A DNA stretch of 64,000 nt from Rebecca billardiae RCC1528 (GCA_965240325.2 OZ251233.1:434001-498000), one strand, 5' to 3'. Shown: positions 46,291-59,188, counted from the stretch's first letter. Made by a program: numbers and translations. The notes: generated by a model not told the origin, from the sequence alone.

Positions 46291-47697
46291 CGCTCGGGAG
46301 GGCGGCGGGCGCGCGCGCGGCGTGGTGCGCGGCGTGGTGCGCGGCGGCGGCGCGGCGCGGCGGCGCCGACGGCGGCGAGGGCGGCGGCGGCGAGATGGCG
46401 CGCGCGCCCCAGCCGGCGCGCGCGCCCGCGCCGCCCGCCGCCGCGCCCGCCCCCTCAGCGCCCGCGTCCGCCGCGCCGGCGGCCGCGTGCGCCGCGCTCT
46501 CGGCGGCGTCCGCCGCGCGCAGCAGCGCGGCCGCGTAGTACCGGTGGACGAAGAGCTCGGCGGACGCCTCGGGGTACGCCGGCGGGCGCATCGGCAGCAG
46601 CAGCGTGCGCGCGTGCGGCGCGGCCGCGTTCTCGTGGTGCGCGCGCGCGAGCGGCGCCGCATGGCACAGCGCGCACCGCGCCAGCCGCGCGCGCATCTGC
46701 TGGCACCAGAGCACGCGCGCGTCGCGCCGCTCGCCGAGGAAGGCGGCGGGGAAGGCGGACGCGTCGGGCGCGTCGAGCAGGCAGCAGAGGCCCGCGGGGA
46801 GCAGCGCGCTCAGCGCGCTCTCGCCGACGCCGCCCTCCGCGCCCGCCTCCGCATCGCGCGCCGCGCGCGCCGCGCCGCCGCCGCCGCCATCCGGCGGTGG
46901 GCCGCCCGCGCGGTGCGCCGCGCGCCACACGCGCAGCAGCGCCGCCGTCGCCTCCGCGCCGTGCGGCAGCGCGGAGAGCTCGTAGAAGCCCAGCGTGCGC
47001 AGCCACGCGGCCACGCCCTCGTCGCACGCCGCGCGCCCCCCGCCGCCGCCGCCGCCACGGCGCAGCAGCAGCAGGCTCTCGATCAGCATGGCCGCCGCCG
47101 CGCACGCGTCCGTCTGGTCGAAGCGGCAGAGCACGCTCACGGCGCAGCTGAGCGCGCGCGCGCTGCGCAGCTGGCACGCGGCGCGCGGCGGCGGCAGCAG
47201 CGGCAGCCCCGAAGCCGGGTCGAGCGTGGGGCTGTGCTCCGCGAGCGCGCGCAGCGCGCGCAGCGCGAGCGCCGCGGGCGAGGGCGCGGCGAGCCAGCCG
47301 CGCGCGCGCGCGCCCGCGGCGCCCGCGGCGGGCGCGTCGGCGCGCGCGCTGTCGAGCACCGCCCAGCGCGCCTGCGGCACGGAGCCGAGCGCGCGCGCGC
47401 GCCCGCGCGCGCCGCGCACGCCCGGCGCCCACAGCGCGCTGCGCGCGTCGAGCGCGCCCGCGGCCGCGAGCTCGCACACGCGCGAGAAGGCCACGGGCCC
47501 GCTGAGCGCGCGACCGGCAGTGTCGGCGGGGATGGCGCCGCGGCCGCCGAGCGCGCGCGCCGCTTCGAGCGCCGCCTCGGCGGCCGCGCCCGCGTCCGAC
47601 GCCGGCGCGTCCGCGGCGGCTGCGAGCTGCGCGTACGCCCAGCCGTCGTCGGCGTCGTCGAAGTCGGCGTCGTCGTCGTCGTCGTCGTCATCGCCGC

Positions 47698-47763
<66 letters not shown>

Positions 47764-49823
47764 TGGTGTCGGCTGCTGCGCCCGCCTCGGCGCCGCGCGC
47801 GCCCGCGGGCGGCTGTGCCGAGTAGAACCATTGGTCAAAGGGCGCAGGCGGCGCGCCGGCTGCCGAGTGGGCGAGGGGCTCCGCGCCTTCGGAGCCGCCG
47901 CGCGGCGCGGCCTCCGCCTCCGCCGCGCCCGCCGCACCGGCGCCTCCGCCCACGCCTTTGCCCTCCTCTGCGCCCGCCGCTGCGCGCGCGTACGCCTGCG
48001 GCAGCGGCAGCGCGTGCGCCAGCGCGGACAGCTCGAGCAGCGCGCGCACGCCGCCCGCGCGGCCGCACTCCGACGCGGCGGGGGCGCCGCCGCCGAGCAG
48101 CGCGGAGCTGAGAAGCAAGAGCAGCGCGTCGCGCGCGGCGGCGTGCGTCGCTGCGCGGAGCAAGCTGACGATGCGCCGCGTCGGCACGGAGGCGCCGATC
48201 CCGGCGTCGGCGGCGTCGCGCGCGGCGGCGCCGCCGCTCGCGCCACCGCCGCCGCTCGGCGTGTCCGCCGCGCGCCCGCGGTGCGCCGTGCGCAGCAGCA
48301 GGCCGAGCGCCTCGCAGCCCAGGAGCCAGCGCGGGCCAGGCGCCACGCACGCGCGCGCCCCACCACGCTCCACCCGCGCCCACACCGCCGCCGCCAGCGC
48401 CGCCCGCTCGGGCAGCAGCCGCAGCTCGTGAGCGACGGCGGCGCGCTCGGCACGCAGCGCGCACGCCTCAGTCGCGCGCGCGCTCGGCGGCGGCGCGGCC
48501 GAGCTGCCGCCGTCGCCGCCGGCGGCGGCGGCGGTGTGGAGGCGCTCGAGCGCGGCGGCGCGCGCGGCGGCGGCCGCGCGGACGAGCAGGTGCAGGGCAA
48601 CGCCGCGCACATGCACACGCGCGCCGTCCTCCGCCGCGCCAGCAGCGCCGCCGCCGCCGCCGCCGCCGGCGGCGGCGGCGCCGCTGGCTCGGTAGCGAAG
48701 CCGCAGCCCGGCGCCGCTCCAGACGAAGCCAGCTGGGCGCGCGGCGCGCGCGCGGCGCACGCTGGCGACGGTGGCGTCGAGCGCAGCCCTGAGCTGCGCG
48801 CGCGTGCGTTCATCCCAACGCAGCGCCGCCAAGGCGTGGTCGGCGCGCGCCATGCGACAAAAGTCGCGCCAGTGGACTGCAACCGGCGGCGGCGCGTCTG
48901 CGCCGGCGCCGCCGCCGGCGGCGCCGGCCGAGTGCCCCGGCGCGCCGGCTGAGGGCGCGCTGGGCTCGGCGCCGGTGGCGCGCAGGTCGGCGGCGACGCC
49001 GGCGGCGAGTGTGCCGGTTGCACTGCCGCGCGCGCGCGCTCCGGCAGGCGGCACGGAGGATGCGGACGCGTGACGCGGCCGTCGGCGCAGCAGCAGCCCA
49101 GCGCCCGCACCCGCCGCCGTGCCGCCGCCGCCGCCGTCCTCGCGGCCGCCTCGCTCGCGGCCGCGGCGCAGGCCCTGCGTCGAGGCGGCGCGCGGCTCCG
49201 CGGGGCCGCCGCCGCCGCCGCCGCCGAGCCCTCCCCCGTCGTCGCTCTCGCCACCGCCGCTGCCTTGGCGCACGAGCGGCGCCCTCGGCGCGCCGCCGCC
49301 GCCGCCGCCGCCGCGCGAGCGCGCGCGCGCGCGCGCGGACGGCGCGGGCGGCGGCTCGCCCGTCGGCGCGCTCGCGGCGCAGAGCGCGGCCAGGTGCTCG
49401 AGCGGGCGCAGCGGCGCGGGCGCGCACCCCAGCCGCCGCCGCGCGCCCGCGCCCGCGCCACTCGCGCCGTGCAGCAGGCAGTGCGCGAGCGCGGGCGGCA
49501 GCGCGGCGCGCACGAACGCGCGCGTGGCGGCCGCGGCTGCGGCGTCCGCCTCCGCGCAGCCGCCGTCGGCGTGCTCGGGGTGCGCCGCGGCGGCGGGCAG
49601 GGCATCGCCCTCCTCGCACGCCCACGCGCCGCCGCCGCCGTCTGCGCCACCGCCCGCATCCGCCGCCGCGCCGCCGCCGCCGCCGCCGCCGTCGTCGTCA
49701 CCGCCGCCTCCGCGCAGCAGCAGGCTCAGCAGCTCGCAGCGCAGGGCGAGGCGCGCGCGCGCGGCGCAGCCGTCGAGCGGCGCGTCCGCCGCGAGCCAGC
49801 GCTCCGTCGCCAGCGCCACGCCG

Positions 49824-49866
<43 letters not shown>

Positions 49867-50514
49867 GCCGCGCCGCGCTCAGCGGCGCCGCCGCCGCCGG
49901 CTCGGCCGCCGCCGCCCCCGCCGCCCAATCGGCGTCGAGCTGCGCGAAGACGGCGTCGCGCAGCAGCAGCGGGGGCAGGCCGTCGCGCACGCACGCCGCG
50001 CGCACGCCCTCGCCCTCCGCCAGCAGCGCGGCGTGCACGATCGCAGCGGCCGCGTGCGCGGCGGCAGCGGGGGCGTCGGCAATCAGCGCGGCGAGGCAGC
50101 GCGCGCGCGCGGCCGCGACGCCGAGCGCGGCGGCGCGCGCGGCGGGCGGGCTGTCGGCGTGGAGCGCGCACGCGAGGAGCATCAGCGCCGGCCGCGCGCC
50201 CATCCCGCCCGCGCCGCGCCCCTCCACCGCGTACGCCCCGACCAGCGGCCACGCGCCGCGGTGCGCGCACAGCGCGCGCAGCGTGCACGCGCGCACCGCG
50301 CGCGCGCGTGACGGCTCGCTCAGCGCGCCGCCGGCGTGCGCGGGCTGGCACAGCGCCCAGAGCACGCAGAGCGCGGCGCGCGCGGCGTGCGCCGGCTCCG
50401 CGCCCGCGCACGCCGCCTCGGCGCCCGCGTCCGCGCCCGCGAACGCGGCGGGCGCGGCCAACACCGCCACCACCGCCCCCACTGTCGCCTCAAGCAACGT
50501 ACTGCCACCCTCGG

Positions 50515-50546
<32 letters not shown>

Positions 50547-50894
50547 GCGTCGGCGGCGTCGGGGGCGTCGGGCGTGCCGGCGGAGAAGGCGGCGAGTGGC
50601 TCGGGCGTCGCCGCCGCCGCCGAGCCGGCGGGCGGGCGCGGGGGCGTGCGCGCGCCCGCGGCCGCAGCTGCGTCGGCGGCGTCGTCGTCGCCGTCGCCGC
50701 CGCGTGCCGCGGGCGTGTGCGCGCGCGCGCCGGGCCGTGTGGCTCGGGGCGGCTCGTCGGCGCCGCCCTCGCCGCCCGCCGCCTCCGTCTCGGCGCGCAG
50801 CACATCCGCCCCGCCGCCTGCCGCCGCCGCCGCCGCGTCGCCCTCCGCCGCGCCGAGCGGCGGCGTCGGCGGCGCGGCAGCGCCGCCGCCCGCC

Positions 50895-50930
<36 letters not shown>

Positions 50931-53260
50931 ACGGTGCCGGCGGCGGTGCCGGCGGCGAGGACGAGCGGGGCGCGCGTGCGCAGCAGCGCGTCCGCCCCGC
51001 CGTCCGTGTGCAGCAGCGCGTGCAGCGCCAGCAGCTGCAGCCACACCGTCGCGCGCTGCCCGCCCGCCCCGGCCGCCGCCGCGCCGCCCGCCGCCGCCGC
51101 CGGCCGCCGCCCCACCGCACTGAGCAGCTGAGAGGCGAGCTGCTCGGCGGCGGCGCCGAGCGGGCGGTGCTCCGGCGCGCGCGGGCCGGTGGGCGGCAGC
51201 GCGAGCGCCGCCGCGAGCAGCAGCCGGTCCCACCGCGCCAGCTCGCCGCCGCCGAGCGCCCGGCCCCACGCGGAGCCGCTGAGAGCGCCGCCCGCTCGGA
51301 TCAGCGCGCGAGCGTCTTCTCGCGCCGAGCTGCCGAGGCCGGCGGCGCTCTCCGCCGGGGCGGCGGGCGCGGTGGCGGCGGACGGTGCGAGCGGGAGGGG
51401 CGGGTCGGGCGCGCTGGCCGACGCCGACGAGCCGCACGCCGCCGCGCGCGGCAGCGGCGACTCCCCGAGCGCGCGCAGCGCAAGGGCTTCGCACGCGAGC
51501 GCCGACGCGGACGGCGCGGCCGCGGCCGAGCCGCCGCCGCCGCCGAGCTCGGCGCGCTCGGGCGAGAGGGCGGCGGCGCTGTCGGCGTCGTCGGCGGCGG
51601 GGTCGGCGGGTCGCGAGGGCGCGCCGGCGCGCTCCGCGCCGCGCGTGCCGCCCGCGCACGCCGCGCACGTCACCCCGCCCAGCCCGGCCACGTGCCGCGG
51701 CAGCCACAGCGGGCGGTGGCGGAGGCGCGCGCGGCCGGGCGCGGCCGACGGCGCCACCTCGGCCGCGGCCGCGGACGCCGACGGCGGCGCGGCGGAGGGC
51801 GCGCGAGAGGGCGCGGGCACGGCGGAGGAGAGCGCGTCCCCGTCGAGCAGCGCGCGCGCCAGCGCCTCGGCGCGCTCGCACTCCTCGTACACCGCCGCGA
51901 CGCGCCGGCCCGCGCCGCCCGCGCCCGCGCCCCACAGCAGAGTGAGCGCTGCAGGGCAGGCGGCCGCCCAGCACACGGCGCCGAGCTGCGACTGCGGGCG
52001 CCACGCGAGCACGCGCAGCGCCGTGTCGGGGGAGCCGTCGTGCGCGGCGCGGGAGAACGCGAGCGAGCCCGCGAGCAGCGCCGCCGCGTCCGCCTCCGCC
52101 TCGCCGCCGCCGCCGCCGCCGATGCCGCCGCCGCCGCTCTCGGCAGCGGCGCCGCCGCCGCCGCCCGGCTCGGCGTCCGGTGGGTCCGGGAGCGGCTCGC
52201 ACTCGAGGAGCAGTCCGGCCCTGGCGTGCAGCCAGACGCGCGTGCGCCGCCCGTCCGCGCACACCAGCGTCGCGCGCGCCGCCTCGCGCGCGCCCCAGCC
52301 CCGGCAGCCATCGTCGCCGCCGCCCGCGCCCTCCGCCCCCTCCTCAGCACCGCAGCCGGCGTGAGCGCGCACGAGCGCGCGCGGCGCGGCGCGCGCGAGG
52401 GGCGCGCACGCCTCGCGCAGCACGAGCGCGCACGTCGGTGGCGTGGCGCACGGCGCGCCCTCCGCCGCGCCGCCCAGCTCGGCGCCCGCCCCGTCGCGCC
52501 CGAGCTGCGCTCGCAGCAGCGGGCACACACTCAGCGGCAGCTGCAGCCGCGCGGCCGCGCACAGCACGGCGCGCGCGAGCTCGTCGCGCTGCGCCGAGTG
52601 CAGCAGGAGGGGGCGCTCGGCGGCGCCGGCGGCGCGGTGCCGCACCACCAGCGCCGTCCCGCGCGCCTCCTCCACCGCGCACAGCGCGCGCACGCTCGCG
52701 AGAGGCACGGCGCCGCGCGGCGCGTCGCCCCCCCCCTCCTCGCCGCCCGCGGCCGCGGAGAGCACCGCGCCCGCGCTGCCGTCCTCGGGCGGCGCGGCGG
52801 CGAGGGCCCAGGGGGAGAGGTGCAGGCTCGTCTCCACCCACGAGCCGTCCAGCCGAGCGACGCGCGCGCGCACGGTGCACAGCGCCGCCGCGGGCGCCGC
52901 GCCGCCTCCCACGCGGGTGGGCGCGCCGGGCGCGGCCGCGAGCGCGCGGCACACGTCGGCGAGGAGCTGCGCGCGGCTCTCGCACGTGCACGTGATGGTG
53001 GTGGTCGAGCTGCCCGACAGCCACGCGAGCGACGGCGCGGCGCCCGCCCCGCGCTGCACGTGCACCGTCAGCTCGGCAGCCGTGCCCGGCCGCGCCGCCA
53101 CATCCACCACCTGCGTCCACGCGTGCTTGGTCGTGCCGCCGTCGGACGCGCCGAGGGGCGTGAGCGCGAGGCCCGCCGGGCCGACGCTGAGGATGCTCTG
53201 CGTGCGCGACATCCAGTTGTGCACGGCCACCACGTGGTGCGCGTCCGCGGCCATGGCCAT
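41705..53260 (-). CDS. DNAJC13: RME-8/DNAJC13 (GRV2)-like endosomal J-domain protein, highly expanded
   Basis: N-terminus HNWMSRTQSILSVG resembles RME-8 KHSWRGKYKRIFSVG. Four IWN-like repeats (LRWDERTRAQL, VLWCQQMRARL, LRWDGPMRAEL, AVWCGAARAAL), GYF_2-like QWFY..GPV..LWAPG..VPQARW, and a J domain RRVYRRRALAVHPD..FVRLRAAYEQL. 3851 aa in one stop-free frame. Confidence 0.85.
47640..47765 (-). repeat. (GAC)n poly-Asp coding tract
   Basis: Long D run splitting the GYF_2-like domain. Confidence 0.9.
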
Positions 53261-53417
53261 CGTGCCGCCGCGCGTGGCGCCGCGTCCGCCGGAACGGCGG
53301 GTGGGCGCCTCAAGATGCGCGCGCGCGAGGGTGCGCCGCGGCACCGGCCGTCGCCTGCTCGCGCGCAGGAAATCAAAAGCGCGGCGCCAGGGCCGATATT
53401 CGTCGTCGCGCGGCACG

Positions 53418-54188
53418 ATGGCGTGCCTGCCGTACGCGCTCGTGGTGAGCGGCCTGCTGCTGGCCATCGTGTCCACCGCGCTTCGCGCGCGCGGCGGCGA
53501 CGGGTGGCACGCGGACGAGATCATGCAGGCGCAGCAGCGCGAGCTCGCGCTGCACGCCGTGCGCGAGGCCGAGCGCAAGCACGCCGCGGAGATGTTTGCG
53601 GACGAGCAGGGCAGCGTCGCGTGCAACCCGTGGCCGCACATGGGCTACTCGGCGGAGCACAGCTTCACGTGGGGCGCGTCGTTCAAGGTGAAGGACGAGC
53701 GCGAGTGCTGCCAGGCCTGCCTCGCGCACAACCGCACGTGCGGCCAGCCCGGCAGCGCGGGCAAGACCTTCTGGCACGCGTCGCTGCAGCCGGGCGGCTC
53801 CAAGTGCGGCAACGTGGGCCTCGGCTGCAACGTGTGGACGTACTGCCCGGAGGAGCGCTGCTTCGCGTTCGACATCCACAACCACACGCGCAACGAGTGC
53901 TGGCTCAAGCACTCCACCACGCCGCTCACCCCGGCCGTGGGCAGCGGCGGGCCGTACGCACCCGAGATGCGCGCGGCGCCGCGCAAGTTCTGGCCGTGGG
54001 CGGTGGCGCTCGACGTGTGGCCGTGGCCCATGCCCGAGCAGGCGTCGTGGACGTCGGGCGTGCTCACGGCGCCTGGCGCGCAGATCGCGCCGCAGCGGCC
54101 GAACATCAACCGCATGTTCTGCGAGAGCAAGCACGGGCCGTGCCCGTCGCAGAGCGCCGCCGTGTGGCCGCCGCCGCGGGCGCGATGA
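53418..54188 (+). CDS. Secreted or membrane-anchored PAN/Apple-like Cys-rich protein
   Basis: Hydrophobic N-terminus; WG...ECCQAC, CNVWTYCP..C, ECWLK, WTSGVL pattern of algal/plant PAN-like proteins. Confidence 0.8.
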   Translation: MACLPYALVVSGLLLAIVSTALRARGGDGWHADEIMQAQQRELALHAVREAERKHAAEMFADEQGSVACNPWPHMGYSAEHSFTWGASFKVKDERECCQACLAHNRTCGQPGSAGKTFWHASLQPGGSKCGNVGLGCNVWTYCPEERCFAFDIHNHTRNECWLKHSTTPLTPAVGSGGPYAPEMRAAPRKFWPWAVALDVWPWPMPEQASWTSGVLTAPGAQIAPQRPNINRMFCESKHGPCPSQSAAVWPPPRAR

Positions 54189-54565
54189 CCGCCGCAATAC
54201 TACTACTGACGATGTACACCATCACTGGCATCAGCCATCATGGTCCTGATTATCATATCCGCCTTCGGCTTCGGCAGTGCTGTAGTGTTTGTCCGACCTG
54301 GCAGTGCTACGCGCGCACTACTGCTCTAGCTGCTAATATAAGATTCTTCGTGTCATATTATGCTGCGCTGCTGTGTGACTCTAAGATTCGTCTTCATTTG
54401 CTGTAGTACTCAAATCTCGTCAATACTAGCTACTGCTGCTTACTGATGCTTATTCATCCGAGCAGCGCGCAGCCACTTACAGCCATCAGCGCTGCGATGT
54501 GTAGCGCGCCGCCGCCCTGTCTGTGCGCGGGGAAGTCTTCTGCCGCGCGGCCAGGGCGCGTGGCC

Positions 54566-56889
54566 TCACGCCGCGAGCGGCGGCGGCGGCGCCGCGCCGT
54601 GCCGCGCGAGCTGCCGCCTCAGCTCGTGGACCGCGTCCTCTGCGCGGCCGCGCGCGTCGTTCGGGTCGACCGTGTGCGCGCCCCTGCAGTAGAAGGGCGT
54701 GAAGACCTGCAGCCGGCAGCCCGAGAGGTCCGCCTTGAGCGGCCCCGGCTCGGGCGCGTACCACGGGTTGGTGAGGCCGCGCTCGGCGGGCCTGTCGAGC
54801 AGCTCGGCCCACAGCGCGCCCGTGCGCTGCGGCAGCCCGCTCGCCGCGCGCGCGCCGTGCGAGTTGAGCAGAAAAGTGCCAAAGCGGCCGCTGAGGAGGT
54901 GCTCGAGCACGGTGCACAGGAAGCGCTGGTTGAACTCGAACGCGCGCGGCAGCAGGCCCGTCAGCTGCCACACCGCGTCCACGAACTGCACGAACACCGG
55001 CGACTGCTGCTCCTCGGCCGAGCCGTGCGAGCCGCCGGCCGCCGCGGCCGAGCCGGAGCCGGAGCCGCCGCCGCCGCCGCCGGTCGGCGCGCCACCGCCG
55101 GCCGTGCCCGCGCCTGGCGCGGTCGAGTCCGCCGCGGGCGCGTACACGACGGGGCTCCCCGTGCGCAGCGCGAACTGGTGCCCGAACGCGAGCCACTCCT
55201 GCGGGTGCCGTGCCACGCCGCGCCGCACGCGCATCAACGCGCATGCGCCGTGAGGCGTGCCGCGTGCCGCGCGCCGCGCCGCCGCGCCGCGCGCCCGCGC
55301 CGCCGCCGCGCGCGCCGCCGCCGCGCGCGCACCTTCTCGACGAGGATGGCGAAGCCGCGGAGCGTGCGGAAGTGCGGGTCGAGTAGCATCTGCGCCAGCG
55401 AGGTGAGCTGCGACGTGCGGTCCCACCCGTCGGAGCAGTGCACGAGCACGGAGCGGTGCTCCGTCACCTGCTGCGCCACCAGCTGTGCCCCCTTGAGCAC
55501 CGCCTGCACATGCTCGAGCCAGCCGCAGCCGTTCAGCTCGCGCAGCCAGTCGCTCGCGGACTCGGCGCGGCCCTCGAGCGCGACGAGCAGCCGGCGCATC
55601 GAGTCGCGCATCACGTGGATGTTCTGGATGTCCACGAACACCAGCGAGGTGCGCGCGTAGTTCTGCGCATGCTCGTACCCCTTGCCGCCGAGCGCGTTCG
55701 CCTCTGCGTTGAGCCGCGGGCGGCAGTCGACGATCGCGAGCACCTCCGCCTCGGGGTTGGTGTCGAGGAGCGCGGCGAGCAGCGCCTCGTCCTCGCGGCA
55801 CCGCTTCCCGTTCAGCCCGACGAGCGGCTGCCCCGCGCGCGAGACCGACGCGAAGCTCTGCGGGTCCTTCCACGAAAGCACCGGGAAGCGGCGCGACGCT
55901 CTGAACGCGGCGGACGCGCGCACGGCGTCGTCTGAGACAGCCTTGGGCACGACGAGCCACGGCGGGTACGAGGCGCAGAGCTGGTACTCGCGGTTCGCCT
56001 CGGTGAGCCGCCAGCACGAGAGCGGGTTGAGCAGCCCCTGCCGGTGCATCTCCGCCGCGTGGTCGTACACGCGCCAGCCGTCCGCCGCGGCGGCGCGCGC
56101 GCCGCCGCCGTGCGCGCACGCAAACGACTCGCCGACTGTGCAGCGCTGGTGCAGGGAGGCGAGCTGGGCGTGGAGGCGGTGCGCGAGCGCGCCGGTGACC
56201 TGCAGTCGCATCGCCGCGCGCGCGTTCAGCCGGCAGACCACGTCCACCACGTACTCCAGCACGCGCTCGCCGTCCTCCCGCACGCGCCCCTGCGAGACGT
56301 GCGCGCGCCTCAGCTTGCTCACCGAGCCGACCGCGACCGAGCGCGCGGCCGCGCCGCCGTCGAGCGGCTCGAAGAGGACGCGGTACGCGGTGACGAACAG
56401 CGCGCCGTCGATCGGCGCCTCCACCTCCGACACGTCCACCGCGAGCGGCTCGTGCATCAGCACGCGCTCGCCCTCGAGCAGCGGCGTGCGCGGACGGCTC
56501 CCGGTCGAAGGCCGCGCCGGCCGCGCAGACGAAGGCGGCGCGAGCGCGGCGGGCGGCGGCGGGGTGGCGGCGACGGAGTCGACGTCGAGCGAGACACGCC
56601 GATCGATGTCCAGCACGTCGGCGAGCCGGTCCGACGGCGAGCCGCTCGGAGGCTCCGCCGGTGTGGGCGCGGCGCTCGCCTGCGTCGGCGTGCTCAAGGG
56701 TGTGTTCGCGCACGCCGCCGGCGTGGCGGGCGCCACCGGCGTGCTCGGCGGGGGCGTGGCCGCGTCGAGCGGACGGGCGGTTGGTGGTGGGCTGCCAGGC
56801 GCGCGAGCATCCGCGTCCATGCTCGCCGCAGCCCCCCCGCCGCCGAGCACGCCGAGCGGATCGTTGAGCACCGCCTGCTCGCCCGACAT
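54566..56889 (-). CDS. MTM: Myotubularin (active PI3P/PI(3,5)P2 3-phosphatase)
   Basis: PH-GRAM-like GALFVTAYRVLF; CASYP; DCRPRLNAEAN..GKGYE; IQNIHVMRDS; catalytic VHCSDGWDRT; EKEWLAFGHQF across intron 55199-55332; SPVFVQFVDAVWQL. Confidence 0.95.
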
Positions 56890-57032
56890 CCTGCCGCCCC
56901 GCGCTGCCCCGCACGGTTCTTTGGTCCGGTTGCTTGGCCGTCTGGCGCCTGGCGGCCGCAAGCCGGAGTTTTTTTTTCTTGCGCAACGAGCAGCGCACGC
57001 GACGCCGCCATCGTGTCCCTCGCCAGTGCGCC

Positions 57033-57173
57033 ATGGCTCAGCCGACGAGAACATTCGACGCGGGTGTCGTGTGGGGGCTATACATGTCCGCCTTCGTGGT
57101 GGCGTCGATCAGCACCGTGCTCGCCGTGACCTTCACCCTCACCACCTTCGCAGAATGGCTTACCGGCGAATAG
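57033..57173 (+). CDS. Putative 46-aa single-pass membrane microprotein
   Basis: GCCATGG context; MAQPTRTFDAGVVWGLYMSAFVVASISTVLAVTFTLTTFAEWLTGE*; C/G-ending codons; head-to-head with myotubularin. Confidence 0.5.
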   Translation: MAQPTRTFDAGVVWGLYMSAFVVASISTVLAVTFTLTTFAEWLTGE

Positions 57174-58000
57174 TGCTCCATGTACGCTCACGGCACTCCG
57201 AGGACATCTCATCGTCGCCGAGCAGAGCCAATTCCCGCTGCCTGTTTTCAGGTGGGGTTGACTGCTGGCCACGTGAACACGCCGTGAGCTCGCACGCCTG
57301 GTCGACTCGTCATGTCAGCTGCATCACGAGACTGGCGGTGCCTCAGTTGGCAGCATCGCCGGGCCCGACGGGTGCGGCCAGCCCGTGCATGGCCGCTCAG
57401 CGGCCAATCGGTGCCACTCGGGCTTATGCCCGCAGCAGGCGCCTGCGGCCTGGCAGCCTGCGCACTGTACTGAGCCTCACGATAGAAGCAGCCTTATATA
57501 TCTCTAGTATCGACGCTGAGTGCGGGCTGCGCGGAACCAATAAGTTCACCTTGCAGCACCGATTATAATGGCCGAATGCACAGCAGGGGCCCGATTGCCC
57601 GGATTGGTGTCAGCCCAGGTGTGGCGGCCCGTGCAGCCAGTGCCACTGGGTACGAGCCTGCCTGGCGTGCAACAGAAGCGTGCACTGCCAGGCTTCACGC
57701 CAGGGCAGCACACGCGTGCTCCCGCGCTGTCCATCGATCGGCGCCAGCGCCATGGATCCAGCGTCAGCTGGCCGCTGCGCGCTGTGCGCGGCACACGGGG
57801 AGCGCGCTCGAGCAGAGCGCACGGCAGCATGGCCGCTGCAAGGCTGCCAACACTGGGAGGGGTGCCACTCGCGCGGCGCGTGGCACCAGGGGGCGGTGGG
57901 ACAGCAGTGCGCCGAGCAGCGCCCTGCGGCGTGTACGTCGCGCGACCCACATGCGCCGAGGCCCGCGCGCGCCCGAGCCCGCGCGCCGCAGCAGCGCGTG

Positions 58001-58593
58001 CTACTCCGCCGTGTGGTAGAGCGACTCCCACGCGCGGGAGACAACGTTGGCGCGCGGCGCGTCCTGCGCCATGATCACCTCGTGCAGCACGGCCAGCCAC
58101 GCGCGGCACTCGATGCCGTCGGCGAAGCGGATGGAGTACACCTTCTGGGCGTTCTCCTGTGCGCTCCCTTTGTTGCGCAGCTCGCGGACCACGATGGTCG
58201 TCGACGACGTCGCCGAGCAGATCGCCTGCGACGCGGGAGAGGGAGGCGGCGGTCAAGACGGCGCGCAGAGGTCGCGCGGCGCTGGGCGCGCGCGCGCACA
58301 TTGCTCATGTCGATAGACGACGTGGGCTGGCTGTAGGACTTGTCGTCCAATTTGAATGTGCACAGCTTCTGCCGCGTGAGCACGAGCCATCGTCGGCGCC
58401 ACACCTTGAGGTGATCCGACTCCTTCATGCACCAGCCCTCACGGATCACCTTGGACCGCTCGAGGACGGGCTCGGTGACGGCGCGTCCGCGGAGGGCGGG
58501 CGGGCGCGATGTGAGCAGCTCGGTGGTGCGCTCGGAGTGCAGGGAGATCAGCTGCCGTAACCGCAGCACCATCCGAGTGATGATCGCATCCAT
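58001..58593 (-). CDS. Small PH-domain protein
   Basis: IREGWCMKESDHLKVWRRRWLVLTRQKLCTFK, intron 58226-58299, then YSIRFADGIECRAWLAVL (PH C-terminal helix). Start uncertain. Confidence 0.85.
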
Positions 58594-58834
58594 CTCGCTC
58601 GCGACCACCGGGTGAAGCTGGCGGCTTCCGCACGCACGCCCGTGCCGGGTGGGGTGACCACCCTTGGTGGGGTGAACCTCGTCGGCTTGCGCGATCTCCG
58701 CCCGGGAGATCGCTGCCAACAAGGTGGCCCGAGAGCTGCACCCTGCATGCGCGCCCGCTGCCCAGCAGGCCGAGGTTGCCGAGGTTGTCGAGCAACGTAG
58801 GAGGGGACTGATCCGACCTCAAAGGTATTGCGGC

Positions 58835-59188
58835 ATGGGCCGCTCAAGCGCGTCGCACGGCTCCAAGCCGGCGCGCAAGCTGCCGCGCACGCAGTTCGCG
58901 ACCGACGAGAAGGCGAGCTCGGTGGCGCAGGACAAGGTCATCCGCAAGAAGGACCGTGTGCACCAGCGCGACAGGCAGGTGGACACCTCTGTGCGCGTGA
59001 AGCGGCATAAGCTCAAGGACGCGGAGAAGCGCGTGCGCGCCCTCAACAAGAAGTTGCGCGAGATCGAGGCGCTGCAACAGCGGGCCGATGCCGGACATGC
59101 ACTCGACGCGCAGCAGCAGAGCAAGCTCGACACGCTCGGGGCCGTGCTCGCAGAGCTTGAGCAGCTCGGAGTACGCGAAGGCACATAG
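58835..59188 (+). CDS. Small basic protein with a PYM/eIF2A C-terminal-like helical motif
   Basis: EKRVRALNKKLREIEALQQR..G..LDAQQQSKL..ELEQL. Confidence 0.7.
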   Translation: MGRSSASHGSKPARKLPRTQFATDEKASSVAQDKVIRKKDRVHQRDRQVDTSVRVKRHKLKDAEKRVRALNKKLREIEALQQRADAGHALDAQQQSKLDTLGAVLAELEQLGVREGT

